Of a stretch of DNA of 64,000 bases, positions 8,514 to 18,128 are shown piece after piece. Position numbers and translations under genes: made by a program. The notes under the pieces were generated by a model. The model saw nothing but the letters and a program-made list of their open reading frames with translations, had not been told where the DNA came from and made no database searches. Position 1 is the stretch's first letter. Every line of letters starts with the position of its first letter. The stretch is taken from contig CAZQHK010000001.1 in the NCBI GenBank assembly GCA_964593455.1, positions 150,708 through 214,707 on the forward strand, read 5' to 3'. This DNA comes from an uncultured bacterium. Its GTDB lineage: Bacteria > Muiribacteriota > CAYSPT01.

Positions 8514-8670
8514 CTGTTTAGTTTATAGCGGTTCCTGTTGTGGCTTCTTTTTTTTATACATATTCAGTTTGAAATCCCTAGGATACAAAGGTGAATTCAC
8601 TCGATATTTACTCATCATAAAATGTGTGTATTTAATTAGTAATTGTGGTCTCTGCAACCGCAAAGAGAGC

Positions 8671-8699
8671 TTGACAATAGGGTTTTAGGGTGTTAAAAT
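8671..8699 (+). promoter_or_regulatory. Consensus sigma-70 promoter (TTGACA-17-TAAAAT) for the hypothetical/HD-GYP operon
   Basis: TTGACA at 8671-8676, a 17-bp spacer, then TAAAAT at 8694-8699. An AT-rich upstream region. About 35 nt to the RBS of the gene starting at 8734. Confidence 0.6.
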
Positions 8700-8733
8700 C
8701 ATTCTCTTGGCTTCGGATAAGGAGTCTTCAAGG

Positions 8734-9171
8734 ATGAAACACCATCGTAATGGATGTCCGATCAATCATGATAAGAACAGCAATCTAAGACGATTCCAGG
8801 ATCTGATGGACCAGCTATTCATGATGATGTCCCCGATTTTCGGCGTTGTGGAAACCTCTATTTTTCTCACTCGTGGGTTGGCGTTAAACGAAAATCAACC
8901 TGTAGCAGATCATGATATCTCCGTTACCGCTGAAGGAGTCCTTTTCACCGGAGAGCCAGAAGCACTGGGATCGATATCTCCAGATGATTTTAATGAATTA
9001 TTAACCAATTATTTGAGTCGGGTTATCTATATTGTCAGGAGACTTACCGGTGAACTCCTTAACGACGATTTTTACAGGGTGGCGGAAGAGACTCTTGGCG
9101 ACGCCACCGAAGTGACCAGACGGGTTTTTGCTTTCCGCTTGATTGAACAAGGGGTGGCAAATGGCACTTAA
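8734..9171 (+). CDS. Hypothetical protein (145 aa), first gene of an operon with GAF/HD-GYP
   Basis: ATG 8734 lies 9 nt after AAGGAG. A consensus sigma-70 promoter sits at 8671-8699. Its 3' end overlaps the start of the HD-GYP gene. Confidence 0.45.
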   Translation: MKHHRNGCPINHDKNSNLRRFQDLMDQLFMMMSPIFGVVETSIFLTRGLALNENQPVADHDISVTAEGVLFTGEPEALGSISPDDFNELLTNYLSRVIYIVRRLTGELLNDDFYRVAEETLGDATEVTRRVFAFRLIEQGVANGT

Positions 9172-11323
9172 AAGACGTCGTCCGGAGAAACACCGGGTTC
9201 TAGGGGAAGCGATCCGCCGTGAGTTTATGGAACTCACGTCATTGACCAAGATCAGCGAAGCTATGAGTTCCTCGTTCAATCTCCGCAATCTTCTGTCACT
9301 GATAATGGATACGGTGACCAAAGACATTCCCTGTGACCAGGCCTTTCTGCTGGTGGTTAATCCCGTTAGCGGCGAATATGAGCTTGAATACACTTCGGGG
9401 CTGGAAGAAGAAGAGCTGACAACCATCCGCGAGGGCCGGAACCAGATTATCAATTGGGTTCTGAAAAAAAGTTTTCCGCTGTTGATGATCGATGAACTCA
9501 GGGACGAAGTGTTTACCGATCCGAGTATGCAGTCATTGATAGCCCTGCCACTCAAGGTGACCGACCGGGTTATTGGTCTGATAGAGCTGGCCAGGATTAA
9601 ACCGTCCAGTAGTTTTACGGTTAATGACCAGGCGTTGCTGTCGGTCTATGCGGCTCAAACGGCTCTGGCGATAGAGAATACTCGCCTGACAAACGCTGCC
9701 CGCGGAAAGATCAGGGAACTCAACAAACTGAACGAAATAGGAAAATTGCTCAACTCCACGCTGGATCTGGAGCAGATACTGGATACCATCATCAACACCT
9801 TCAAAGAGATGATCAATGTGCAGGCAGCCAGCATATTACTTGTTGATAATGAGCAGGCCCGGCTCACCCTGGTGTTCTCGGAAATCCCTTCCGACGAATT
9901 GGTTGAAAACATGAAACACCGCTTGTTCAGCAGTTACTATTCGCTCACCGGAACGCCTGTTCCCGAAGATGATTTCCGGCTTTTGGTTGAGGTGGGCAGC
10001 CAGTACCATGATCTTCAAGTGGAAGAGGACCTGAACAGCCATCTGATAGTTCCCCTGATCATGAAGGGAGAAGTAATGGGCCTGCTGGCCATCAGTCATT
10101 CGGAGGTTTCCTATTTCTCTAAAGACAATCTGAGAACACTTTCCACCTTTGCATCTCAGGCAGCTATGGCTATCGAGAACGCACGCGTTTACCATGGGAT
10201 GGAGGGGAAAATAAACGAACTTTCCTTTATATCCAAGGTCAGTAAAGCTCTCACCAGCACGCTCAATCTCGACCGCATACTGAGCCTCATGATCGGATTG
10301 ACGGCAAATATTCTTCGGGTGGAAGCCTGTATGCTGACTCTGAAAGACGAGCGTACCGACGAGTTCATGACCAGGGCCTCACTCGGATTGGATTCAGATG
10401 AGCTAAATGGGAACTCCCATGTGGCCGACGAGGTTTCCCGATGGGTTATTGAAAACGGCGAACCGGTGGTGGTAGCCGATGTCTTGAATGATCCCAAGCT
10501 CAGCAAACTGCTGATTGGAAAGAAACCTCGTTATCGGGCTTTTGTCTTCGTTCCGCTGATCATGAAAAACAAGGTTATCGGTGCACTAGGTGCCTTTATG
10601 CATAAGGTCCGACGGTTCACGAATGACGAAGTGAACCTTCTGTTTACTCTGGGAACCCAAGCCGCCGCCGCCATCGAGAATGCCCGCCTGTACGGGTTCA
10701 TGCAGGACAGTTACATAGATACGATTACCGCCTTGGCCGCGGCCATTGACGCCAAAGATTCTTACACGCACGGTCATTCCACGAAGGTCATGGAGTACGC
10801 CGTGGCTATTGCCGAAGAACTGGGGCTGCCTGACGAGGAAAAGGAGATCATCAAGTTTGCCGGTTTGCTTCACGATATTGGAAAGATCGGCGTCAGCGAG
10901 ATGATTCTTCTGAAGAAAGACAACCTGACATCGGATGAGCGGGAAATCATCCAGACGCACCCGGAGCTCGGAAGTTTTATTATCGATAAAGTCGAGCTTC
11001 TGAAAAACATCTCTCCGTTGACCTATCATCATCACGAGCGGTTTGATGGAACCGGGTATCCCACCGGGCTCAAAGGAAAAGATATCCCGTTGGGAGCCAG
11101 AATATTGGCGGTGGCTGATGCGTTCGACGCCATGACATCCACCCGATCTTACCGGGAGGCGATGTCGCAGGAGAAAGCTCTGGAAGAGCTCAAAGCCTGT
11201 GCCGGCACGCAGTTTGACCCGGTAATAGTAGACGTGTTTTCCCAGGTTGTTCACCGTCAGACTCAGGAACCGGTCAACCATGATACCGGGCGTCCGGCAA
11301 ATAAAACCGGGAGGTCATCGTAA
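9161..11323 (+). CDS. Multi-GAF domain HD-GYP phosphodiesterase (c-di-GMP)
   Basis: About 720 aa. Three GAF-like repeats are followed by an HD-GYP domain (HGHSTKV...LLHDIGKIGV...HHERFDGTGYP). Confidence 0.85.
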   Translation: MALKRRRPEKHRVLGEAIRREFMELTSLTKISEAMSSSFNLRNLLSLIMDTVTKDIPCDQAFLLVVNPVSGEYELEYTSGLEEEELTTIREGRNQIINWVLKKSFPLLMIDELRDEVFTDPSMQSLIALPLKVTDRVIGLIELARIKPSSSFTVNDQALLSVYAAQTALAIENTRLTNAARGKIRELNKLNEIGKLLNSTLDLEQILDTIINTFKEMINVQAASILLVDNEQARLTLVFSEIPSDELVENMKHRLFSSYYSLTGTPVPEDDFRLLVEVGSQYHDLQVEEDLNSHLIVPLIMKGEVMGLLAISHSEVSYFSKDNLRTLSTFASQAAMAIENARVYHGMEGKINELSFISKVSKALTSTLNLDRILSLMIGLTANILRVEACMLTLKDERTDEFMTRASLGLDSDELNGNSHVADEVSRWVIENGEPVVVADVLNDPKLSKLLIGKKPRYRAFVFVPLIMKNKVIGALGAFMHKVRRFTNDEVNLLFTLGTQAAAAIENARLYGFMQDSYIDTITALAAAIDAKDSYTHGHSTKVMEYAVAIAEELGLPDEEKEIIKFAGLLHDIGKIGVSEMILLKKDNLTSDEREIIQTHPELGSFIIDKVELLKNISPLTYHHHERFDGTGYPTGLKGKDIPLGARILAVADAFDAMTSTRSYREAMSQEKALEELKACAGTQFDPVIVDVFSQVVHRQTQEPVNHDTGRPANKTGRSS

Positions 11324-11325
11324 CC

Positions 11326-11637
11326 ATGTCTTTCGGTGCAGTGAGCATGCTCGACCGGTTGGCGGAAAAAACTGTCCCTTCCTATCAGGTTGAACACACC
11401 TGGGGTGAAGAATTTACCGTTTCCGACCGGCTTTTTGTTCCACTTATACGATACCGATCGGTGTCGTTCGATAAAGAATCCGGTCCGGTATCCGGGGGGT
11501 ATGCCAGTGTCGAGCCGGTAGGTTTCCTCACGGTAAAAGATGGACAGCCGTACTGGATCGGCTTCCTTTCAGACCAGAACCTTGAAAAGGGTTTGCAGAG
11601 TAAACGAGACCCGGAGCCGGAGAAAGAAGGTTTCTGA
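11326..11637 (+). CDS. GerW/YtfJ-family (sporulation protein YtfJ-like) small protein
   Basis: 103 aa. A Gly-rich segment followed by PVGFLTVKDGQ resembles the GerW/YtfJ family. Confidence 0.4.
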   Translation: MSFGAVSMLDRLAEKTVPSYQVEHTWGEEFTVSDRLFVPLIRYRSVSFDKESGPVSGGYASVEPVGFLTVKDGQPYWIGFLSDQNLEKGLQSKRDPEPEKEGF

Positions 11638-12431
11638 TGTCTCCCTGGCAGCGCCTGCTTCGCGCCATCCGACGGACCGACAAGGTACTCCTCGTTTATA
11701 TCGGGATCGTCCTTTTCTTCATCGTGGCCGCGGTGGTGCTCAAACACCGGACGCTACCGATGTTTTTGACCTCCATCAGCCACTGGATGATAGGCAAGCT
11801 AGTGTGGTTTGTATTATTTGTGCCGATCATCCTGATGTCGCTCACTATTCACGAGATTGCCCACGGTTGGACCGCTCTTCAGTTCGGCGATCCCACCGCA
11901 AAGAATCGCGGCCGGCTCACGCTCAATCCGATAAAACATCTCGATTTGGTCGGTACGCTCATGTTTTTGTTTGTTGGAATAGGGTGGGCTAAGCCTGTAC
12001 CGGTCAACCCGTACAACTTTGACAATCCGCGTCGGGCCGACATACTGGTGTCGCTGGCCGGACCGGGAGTGAACCTGCTGCAGGCACTTGTCGCGGGCGC
12101 CGTCTTACGATTTATGGTAAACACCGGGATTAACCCCATCATCACCCTGCCGTTGCTGGGGCAAACAGATATTATTGTCAGATTAATAATGAGGACTGTT
12201 GAGATTGGGGCACTCCTGGCCGTGTTCAACCTGCTGCCAATCCCTCCGCTGGATGGGTCGCATATTCTGGATAATCTTTTACCCCCAAGAGCTGCAATGG
12301 TATACAGGAGAATCAAATCCTTCGGCTTTATTATAATTCTCATTCTGATGATGACCGGTATCCTCGGACAATTGATATGGGGACCTGCCAGCCTTCTTGT
12401 CGAACTATTTGCCGGTTACCGCCCATTCTGA
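11637..12431 (+). CDS. Site-2 protease family (M50) zinc metalloprotease
   Basis: 264-aa polytopic membrane protein with HEIAHG (HExxH) in a TM helix and a downstream LLPIPPLDGSHIL motif typical of M50B. Confidence 0.75.
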   Translation: MSPWQRLLRAIRRTDKVLLVYIGIVLFFIVAAVVLKHRTLPMFLTSISHWMIGKLVWFVLFVPIILMSLTIHEIAHGWTALQFGDPTAKNRGRLTLNPIKHLDLVGTLMFLFVGIGWAKPVPVNPYNFDNPRRADILVSLAGPGVNLLQALVAGAVLRFMVNTGINPIITLPLLGQTDIIVRLIMRTVEIGALLAVFNLLPIPPLDGSHILDNLLPPRAAMVYRRIKSFGFIIILILMMTGILGQLIWGPASLLVELFAGYRPF

Positions 12432-12637
12432 CAAACTCTCTTCGATCCACAACAGAGCTTTTCTCTTGATTCCACAGGGTACTCGTTCTATTCTCTTCAC
12501 TGACTCTCTGGAATATCAGCGTAGAAAGCACGGTGTGAGATTTCAATTTCTCAATACTCAAATATCCTTGTTTTTCATGTCAACACTTCTCATGTGCGCC
12601 ATTGTTAGGCGCTAAAAAACATACACATGTTGAAAAT

Positions 12638-12666
12638 TTGACATAAGTTCCATCCCGTGCTATAAT
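12638..12666 (+). promoter_or_regulatory. Perfect consensus sigma-70 promoter (TTGACA-17-TATAAT) upstream of floA
   Basis: TTGACA 12638-12643, spacer 12644-12660 (17 bp), TATAAT 12661-12666. About 30 nt upstream of the floA RBS. Confidence 0.7.
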
Positions 12667-12697
12667 TTTTCAAAAATTAAGTAAAAATCAATAAGGG

Positions 12698-13618
12698 GTG
12701 ATTTTTGTGCCGGAACTGCTTGGTATTGGTGTCGTTGGTATAGTTATTATAGTAGCGTTTATTTTGTACCTGGTTCCACTCAGGCTTTATATGGCAGCCT
12801 TCTCATCCGGGGCTCCGGTGGGGCTGTTGACCCTGGTGGGTATGCGGCTCAGGCGGGTCAATCCAAATGGGATCGTACTGCCGTTGATCAAAGCTATCAA
12901 GGGTGGTTTGAATATCAGTGCGTCTGAACTCGAGGCTCACTATCTCTCCGGGGGATCCGTTGACCGGGTTGTGGACGCATTGATTTCCGCCGGGCGGGCG
13001 GGTATTCATATAACGTTTAAACGCGCAGCGGCCATAGATCTCGCCGGCCGCGATGTGCTCGAAGCGGTCCGTATGTGTGTCAATCCCAAAGTACTCAAGA
13101 CACCTCTGATAGCGGCCATGGCCATGAACGGAATCCAGGTGAAGGCAACTGCCCGGGTAACCGTCCGGGCCGATATCGACCGCCTGATCGGCGGCGCCGG
13201 TGAAGAGACCATCCTGGCCCGGGTGGGAGAAGGAATTGTCACTACCATTGGGTCGGCGGCCACCCACAAAGTGGTGCTGGAGAAACCTGAGATGATATCG
13301 GAAGCCATCTTGGCCCGAGGTCTCGATTCGGGTACGGCTTTCGAGATACTTTCCGTGGATATTGCCGACGTCGACGTCGGCCGAAATATCGGATCGGTTC
13401 TCAGGGCCGACCAGGCCCAGGCCGACAAACAGGTAGCCCAGGCCAAAGCGGAGGAAATGCGGGCTTTGGCCGTAGCCCGGGAACAGGAGATGAAAGCTCT
13501 CGAACAGGAGATGAGGGCCAGAGTTGTGGAAGCTGAAGCCGAGGTTCCTATGGCGCTCGCCGCTGCGTTCCGGGAAGGATCGTTTAAAGTACAACAACAG
13601 GTTCCGAAAGCCAATTAA
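12698..13618 (+). CDS. floA: Flotillin-like protein FloA (SPFH, UPF0365 family)
   Basis: 306 aa with an N-terminal TM helix and an SPFH core. The C-terminal A/E-rich coiled coil ([37 protein letters not shown]) is as in B. subtilis FloA/YqfA. The start is GTG 12698 or 12707. A perfect TTGACA-17-TATAAT promoter lies at 12638-12666. Confidence 0.8.
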   Translation: MIFVPELLGIGVVGIVIIVAFILYLVPLRLYMAAFSSGAPVGLLTLVGMRLRRVNPNGIVLPLIKAIKGGLNISASELEAHYLSGGSVDRVVDALISAGRAGIHITFKRAAAIDLAGRDVLEAVRMCVNPKVLKTPLIAAMAMNGIQVKATARVTVRADIDRLIGGAGEETILARVGEGIVTTIGSAATHKVVLEKPEMISEAILARGLDSGTAFEILSVDIADVDVGRNIGSVLRADQAQADKQVAQAKAEEMRALAVAREQEMKALEQEMRARVVEAEAEVPMALAAAFREGSFKVQQQVPKAN

Positions 13619-13971
13619 TGAAGATCTCATCGAGGTCTATTGAAGACGTTTCTACAATAGAGCTGATTGGTGAGGTTGATTCAGTTTCAAAAAGAGACCT
13701 GGAAAATCTCCTGCAAGAGTTTCTCGATACCGGCTGTCATCAGGTTGTCGTGGATCTGGAACAGGTTGAATTCATGTCTTCCACCGGCATGAGTGTATTC
13801 CTTGAGTACCTGGTAAAGTTCAGGGATATAGGAGGGGATCTTCGAATATCCTGTGTGCAGAGAGATGTGATACGGGTTTTCAGGTTTACCAAGTTGGTGG
13901 AAGTATTCAAAATTTTTGAGACGACCGAAGATGCGGTACGAAGTTTTTCTCCCTGGGCGATTACGGAATGA
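13618..13971 (+). CDS. STAS-domain protein (anti-sigma-factor antagonist SpoIIAA-like)
   Basis: 117 aa. Its ATG overlaps the floA stop (TAATG). The STAS pattern (...LEQVEFMSSTGMSVFLEY...) includes a conserved Ser in the phosphorylation position. Confidence 0.65.
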   Translation: MKISSRSIEDVSTIELIGEVDSVSKRDLENLLQEFLDTGCHQVVVDLEQVEFMSSTGMSVFLEYLVKFRDIGGDLRISCVQRDVIRVFRFTKLVEVFKIFETTEDAVRSFSPWAITE

Positions 13972-14036
13972 GTGTATTAGGTATTGTATGATTTGTTCGG
14001 TAGGCCATTTCTGGATGGGAACATTTCGAGCGGTGA

Positions 14037-16031
14037 GTGACGATGGCTGGCCCCACACAGGAAGAATTTCCGAGGACATTTCTGTCCCTGAAGGTTTCGC
14101 TGGTGGCATTGATTCTGGCCTTTGGCGGAGCGGCTTTTCTCCTTTATCTCCTCGGCATGTATGAGAGCGGTCTCGATATCGGGAGCAAGGTCAGGGAGGA
14201 TACCGAACGCATCGCTGTAAATGTCGCCCATATTATTTCCAAACGGCGGATCATTAATGATCCGAATTACCTGCAGGAACTATTGGGAAAACATTTCAAT
14301 TCCGATGACCGGTTGAGGGCCGAGGTTGTATCCCTGAATGGGACTATTTTGGCCTGTAATCATGATGGAATGCTCTGGAAACGAGAGCAACTCGAAGAGC
14401 TTGAACGGGTATTTGACGATGTGCAGCCGCTTCCGATCGATGCACGGGAGGAATTTCTATGGGCCTATATCGTACCATTGTTTGACCGTCGGATTGTCGT
14501 GGGCGCTCTGGTAATCAAGCAGCTCCGGGAAGATCGTCCGCGTTCGTTGCCGTTACAGGTGCAGGCCGGATTAATCGTGGGAGGGCTGCTCCTGGTCTGT
14601 GTGTTCTTTATGCTGGGATGGACTGCTTACCGGCGCACGGCACGAGTTAAAGAAATTTCCGGGGTTGCGACCGAGGTCATCGGCGGCAAGCTCTGGCGTC
14701 GGGCGCCAGTGGTTGATGATGACCGCTTGGGATCTCTGGCCCGTTCGTTTAATCAGATCATCGATAACTTAGAGCGGCAGATACGCGAATCGAAACAAGC
14801 ATACGAGGAACTATCAGAAGCCAACCGGAAACTGGAAAAAGTGAGTTTTGAACGAGCCCGCCTGCTGAAAGAAAATCGGCTGTTTAATGTGGAACTTAAG
14901 GGAAAAGTCAAAGAAGCGACCCAGGAACTGAAGGATACCAACAGGAAACTCGACTCCAAGCTCAGGGAGCTTGCGACTCTGGAAAAGTTCAATGAGAGTA
15001 TCTTCAACAGCATTACCAGCGGAATTATAGCAGTAAACGTGCGTGGTAAAATTACTTTCATCAACCCGGAAGGACGGCATATTCTGGAACTGGGTGAACT
15101 AAAGAAGAAATGGCATTGTACCAGGTACCTGTCAAAAGGAAGTCAAGCCCTGGCCGAGCACTTGCTGGAAACGCTCGAATGCGGGGAGGACCGGATCGGA
15201 TGGGAAATTCAGGTTACGCCTCCTTCAGGACATCTGCTGCAACTCGGAGTTTCAAGCTCGTTGTTACGAGATTATTCAGGAAAAACCATTGGGGTGGTAG
15301 CCATCTTTCGCGATATAACGGAAACGAAACGCCTGCAGCATCAAGTCCAGCGGCAGGAACGACTGGTGGCTCTGGGGCAACTGGCTGCCGGAGTAGCTCA
15401 CGAAATACGGAATCCTCTCGGTGGTATCCTGGGATTTACTGAACTATTGGGACGGGATCTCCCGGAAGATGACCATAGTCAGAACTACGTGAAAAAGATA
15501 GTGGAAGAAGTGGACCATCTTAATAAAATAGTAGGCAACATACTTGATTTTGCCCGGTCTCAAAAACCTAATCCCGTATTTGTCGATGTCAATGATGTGA
15601 TCGAGAATGCCTTGGCGCTGGCACAGCACAAGATCGAAAAATACCAGGTTACGGTAAAAACGAATCTTGATCAAGATATACCGGGGGTGCTTGTTGATCA
15701 CCACCAGATACGGCAGGTATTTCTTAATATAATCTACAATGCCTGTGAGTCCATGGTTTCAGGTGGAACCTTACGGTTGGTGACCGGAGCCAGGCAGGAC
15801 ACCCGGGAGGTTTACGCTGAGTTTCACGATACCGGATCCGGTCTGAATCTGTCGCAACGGGAGCAGGTGTTCAACCCGTTCTATACCACGAAAGCTTCGG
15901 GAACGGGATTGGGACTGGCTATAGCGTATCGTATAGTTGAGAATCATGGTGGACAAATACAGGTAAAAAGTGTGCCTGAAAAAGGGACGACCTTTGTCGT
16001 GTGGCTTAAAGAAGCCAAGTATACGGCCTGA
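14037..16031 (+). CDS. Membrane sensor histidine kinase (HAMP-PAS-HisKA-HATPase_c)
   Basis: 664 aa. TM segments, an H-box (VAHEIRNPLGGI), an N-box and G-boxes (DTGSGL..., GTGLGLAIAY). Confidence 0.9.
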   Translation: MTMAGPTQEEFPRTFLSLKVSLVALILAFGGAAFLLYLLGMYESGLDIGSKVREDTERIAVNVAHIISKRRIINDPNYLQELLGKHFNSDDRLRAEVVSLNGTILACNHDGMLWKREQLEELERVFDDVQPLPIDAREEFLWAYIVPLFDRRIVVGALVIKQLREDRPRSLPLQVQAGLIVGGLLLVCVFFMLGWTAYRRTARVKEISGVATEVIGGKLWRRAPVVDDDRLGSLARSFNQIIDNLERQIRESKQAYEELSEANRKLEKVSFERARLLKENRLFNVELKGKVKEATQELKDTNRKLDSKLRELATLEKFNESIFNSITSGIIAVNVRGKITFINPEGRHILELGELKKKWHCTRYLSKGSQALAEHLLETLECGEDRIGWEIQVTPPSGHLLQLGVSSSLLRDYSGKTIGVVAIFRDITETKRLQHQVQRQERLVALGQLAAGVAHEIRNPLGGILGFTELLGRDLPEDDHSQNYVKKIVEEVDHLNKIVGNILDFARSQKPNPVFVDVNDVIENALALAQHKIEKYQVTVKTNLDQDIPGVLVDHHQIRQVFLNIIYNACESMVSGGTLRLVTGARQDTREVYAEFHDTGSGLNLSQREQVFNPFYTTKASGTGLGLAIAYRIVENHGGQIQVKSVPEKGTTFVVWLKEAKYTA

Positions 16032-16116
16032 CAGTTTTAAATATGAAAAATTCCACCACGTGTCAGGAATTCGCGGGTGGATGACTTTGTTGGAAAAGAA
16101 TGAAGGTTGGTGATGT

Positions 16117-17481
16117 ATGTTGACGACAGTACTGGTTGCTGATGATAAAAAAAGTATGCGGGAGTTTCTGTCTGAAGCGTTGCAAAAAGAGGGATACCAG
16201 GTCTCCCTTGCCGCCGATGGAGAACAGGCTTTGGAGTTATTCCGAGAGTTGATTCCCGATATCGTTATTACCGATATCAGAATGCCGGGACTCAATGGAC
16301 TGGAGTTCCTGAAGAGTATGAGGGATCTCGATCCTGAGGCAGTGGTGATTGTGATCACAGCTTACGGCAGCATTGAAACCGCAGTGACTGCGATGAAATC
16401 AGGAGCTTATGATTACATAACCAAACCTTTTTCCATTGATGAGCTGACAGTTGTGATGGATAAAGCCAAGGAGCAACGGCGGTTGGTGGATGAAAACAGG
16501 CGCCTCAGGCTAGAGCTGACAAAAAAGTATAAATTCGAAAATATCATTGGCAAATCTCCCAAGATACAGGAAGTGTTCGACATCATGGAACGAGTCATAC
16601 CCAGTAAAGCGACGGTTATGCTTTACGGGGAAAGCGGCACCGGCAAGGAGTTGATTGCCCGGGCTATCCATTACTCCGGAGCTCGAAAAAACGGACCGTT
16701 TGTCAAAGTAAACTGCGCCGCACTACCCGAGTCGCTCCTGGAGAGTGAACTTTTCGGCCATGAAAGAGGGGCTTTTACGGGTGCTATCCAGCGCCGGCAA
16801 GGCCGGTTCGAACTTTCCGACAACGGCAGCATATTCCTGGATGAAATCGGAGACATATCGCCCACCGTCCAGGTCAGACTTCTGCGTGTCATCCAGCAGC
16901 GTGAATTTGAACGTGTCGGTGGCGCCAAGACGATTCAGGTGGACGTGCGGATCATAGCCGCCACCAACAGAGACTTGGGGAAAGCCCTGGAAGAAGGCCG
17001 GTTTCGGGAAGACCTTTATTACCGTCTCAATGTTGTTCCCATTTACCTCCCGGCACTTCGTGAGCGGCCTGGTGATATTGCCCTGCTGGCCCGCTATTTT
17101 CTTGAACAGATGGGAAAAGAAATCAACAGCCGGATCAAGTACATCTCCCCGGAAGCGATGGAGTACATGGTGAACTATCGGTGGCCGGGAAATGTCAGAG
17201 AAGTGGAAAACGTTATCGAGCGGGCCTTGGTCATTTGCCGCGGGGAGATAATTTTACCTGAAGATCTCCCAACAAACCTGACTAACAGGGAAGGCCGGGT
17301 AAGTCTTGATGTTCCCGAACTGGGTACGATAACCATGAATGAAGCAGTTGAAACTATCGAGCGGGAAATGATAAAAAGGGCTTTGGAGAAAACCGGTGGT
17401 GTTCAAACCAAATCGGCTGATCTGCTTGGAATTAACCGGGGTTCACTCATCTATAAAATGAAGAAGTACAATCTGAGTTGA
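16117..17481 (+). CDS. Sigma-54-dependent two-component response regulator (NtrC/AtoC family)
   Basis: REC domain (acidic pocket D-D, phospho-acceptor D in DIVITDIRMPG). AAA+ sigma-54 activator (GESGTGKELIARAIH, GAFTGA). C-terminal Fis-type HTH. Confidence 0.92.
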   Translation: MLTTVLVADDKKSMREFLSEALQKEGYQVSLAADGEQALELFRELIPDIVITDIRMPGLNGLEFLKSMRDLDPEAVVIVITAYGSIETAVTAMKSGAYDYITKPFSIDELTVVMDKAKEQRRLVDENRRLRLELTKKYKFENIIGKSPKIQEVFDIMERVIPSKATVMLYGESGTGKELIARAIHYSGARKNGPFVKVNCAALPESLLESELFGHERGAFTGAIQRRQGRFELSDNGSIFLDEIGDISPTVQVRLLRVIQQREFERVGGAKTIQVDVRIIAATNRDLGKALEEGRFREDLYYRLNVVPIYLPALRERPGDIALLARYFLEQMGKEINSRIKYISPEAMEYMVNYRWPGNVREVENVIERALVICRGEIILPEDLPTNLTNREGRVSLDVPELGTITMNEAVETIEREMIKRALEKTGGVQTKSADLLGINRGSLIYKMKKYNLS

Positions 17482-17520
17482 TGCATGACGTTGTTTACGG
17501 TATTGTGGTAGTAGTGTAAA

Positions 17521-18048
17521 GTGAGTGGAAACGTGGAAGATCTGAAAAAATTAATACGGGATGTGCCTGATTTTCCCAAACCGGGGATTATTTTCAAGGA
17601 CATTACTACTCTGTTGCTCGAACCGGCGGCGTTTAAAAAAGTTATCGACATCATGGCCGACCATTACAACCGTGAAAAAATAGATAAGATAATCGCTGTG
17701 GAATCCCGGGGGTTCATTTTCGGAGCGGCTTTATCGTACCGGATGGGCATCGGATTCATTTTGGCTCGGAAACCCGGGAAACTGCCGGCTGCAACGGTCA
17801 AAGAGATGTATGATTTGGAGTACGGTCAAGATGCAATCGAAGTGCATGCCGACAGTATCTCAAACGGTGAAAGGATTTTGATAGTTGATGATCTTCTTGC
17901 TACTGGAGGAACTGCTCAAGCATGCGGGAAACTGGTAGAAAAACTAGGGGGAACGGTTATTGGATATGCGGTTATGATCGAACTGGCCTTCCTGGCGGGG
18001 AAAGAAAAATTAACCCAGGCGCCTGTTTATTCACTCATCACCTATTAA
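17521..18048 (+). CDS. apt: Adenine phosphoribosyltransferase
   Basis: 175 aa. DFPKPGIIFKDIT and the PRPP-binding VDDLLATGGT motifs. Confidence 0.9.
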   Translation: MSGNVEDLKKLIRDVPDFPKPGIIFKDITTLLLEPAAFKKVIDIMADHYNREKIDKIIAVESRGFIFGAALSYRMGIGFILARKPGKLPAATVKEMYDLEYGQDAIEVHADSISNGERILIVDDLLATGGTAQACGKLVEKLGGTVIGYAVMIELAFLAGKEKLTQAPVYSLITY

Positions 18049-18128
18049 GTTGAATTGAACACGGGACATTCGTCCGGCGCCGGGGGTGCCGGAGTGGATA
18101 CGGACAACAATGTTGGAGGACGAACGTT

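Noticed and set aside
18049-18128. Possible terminator/attenuator hairpin between apt and the HEAT gene (ACATTCGTCC...GGACGAACGTTTT)
   Set aside because: The long-range stem is imperfect with a large interior. The T-run overlaps the TTG start of the next gene. The evidence is insufficient to call it.
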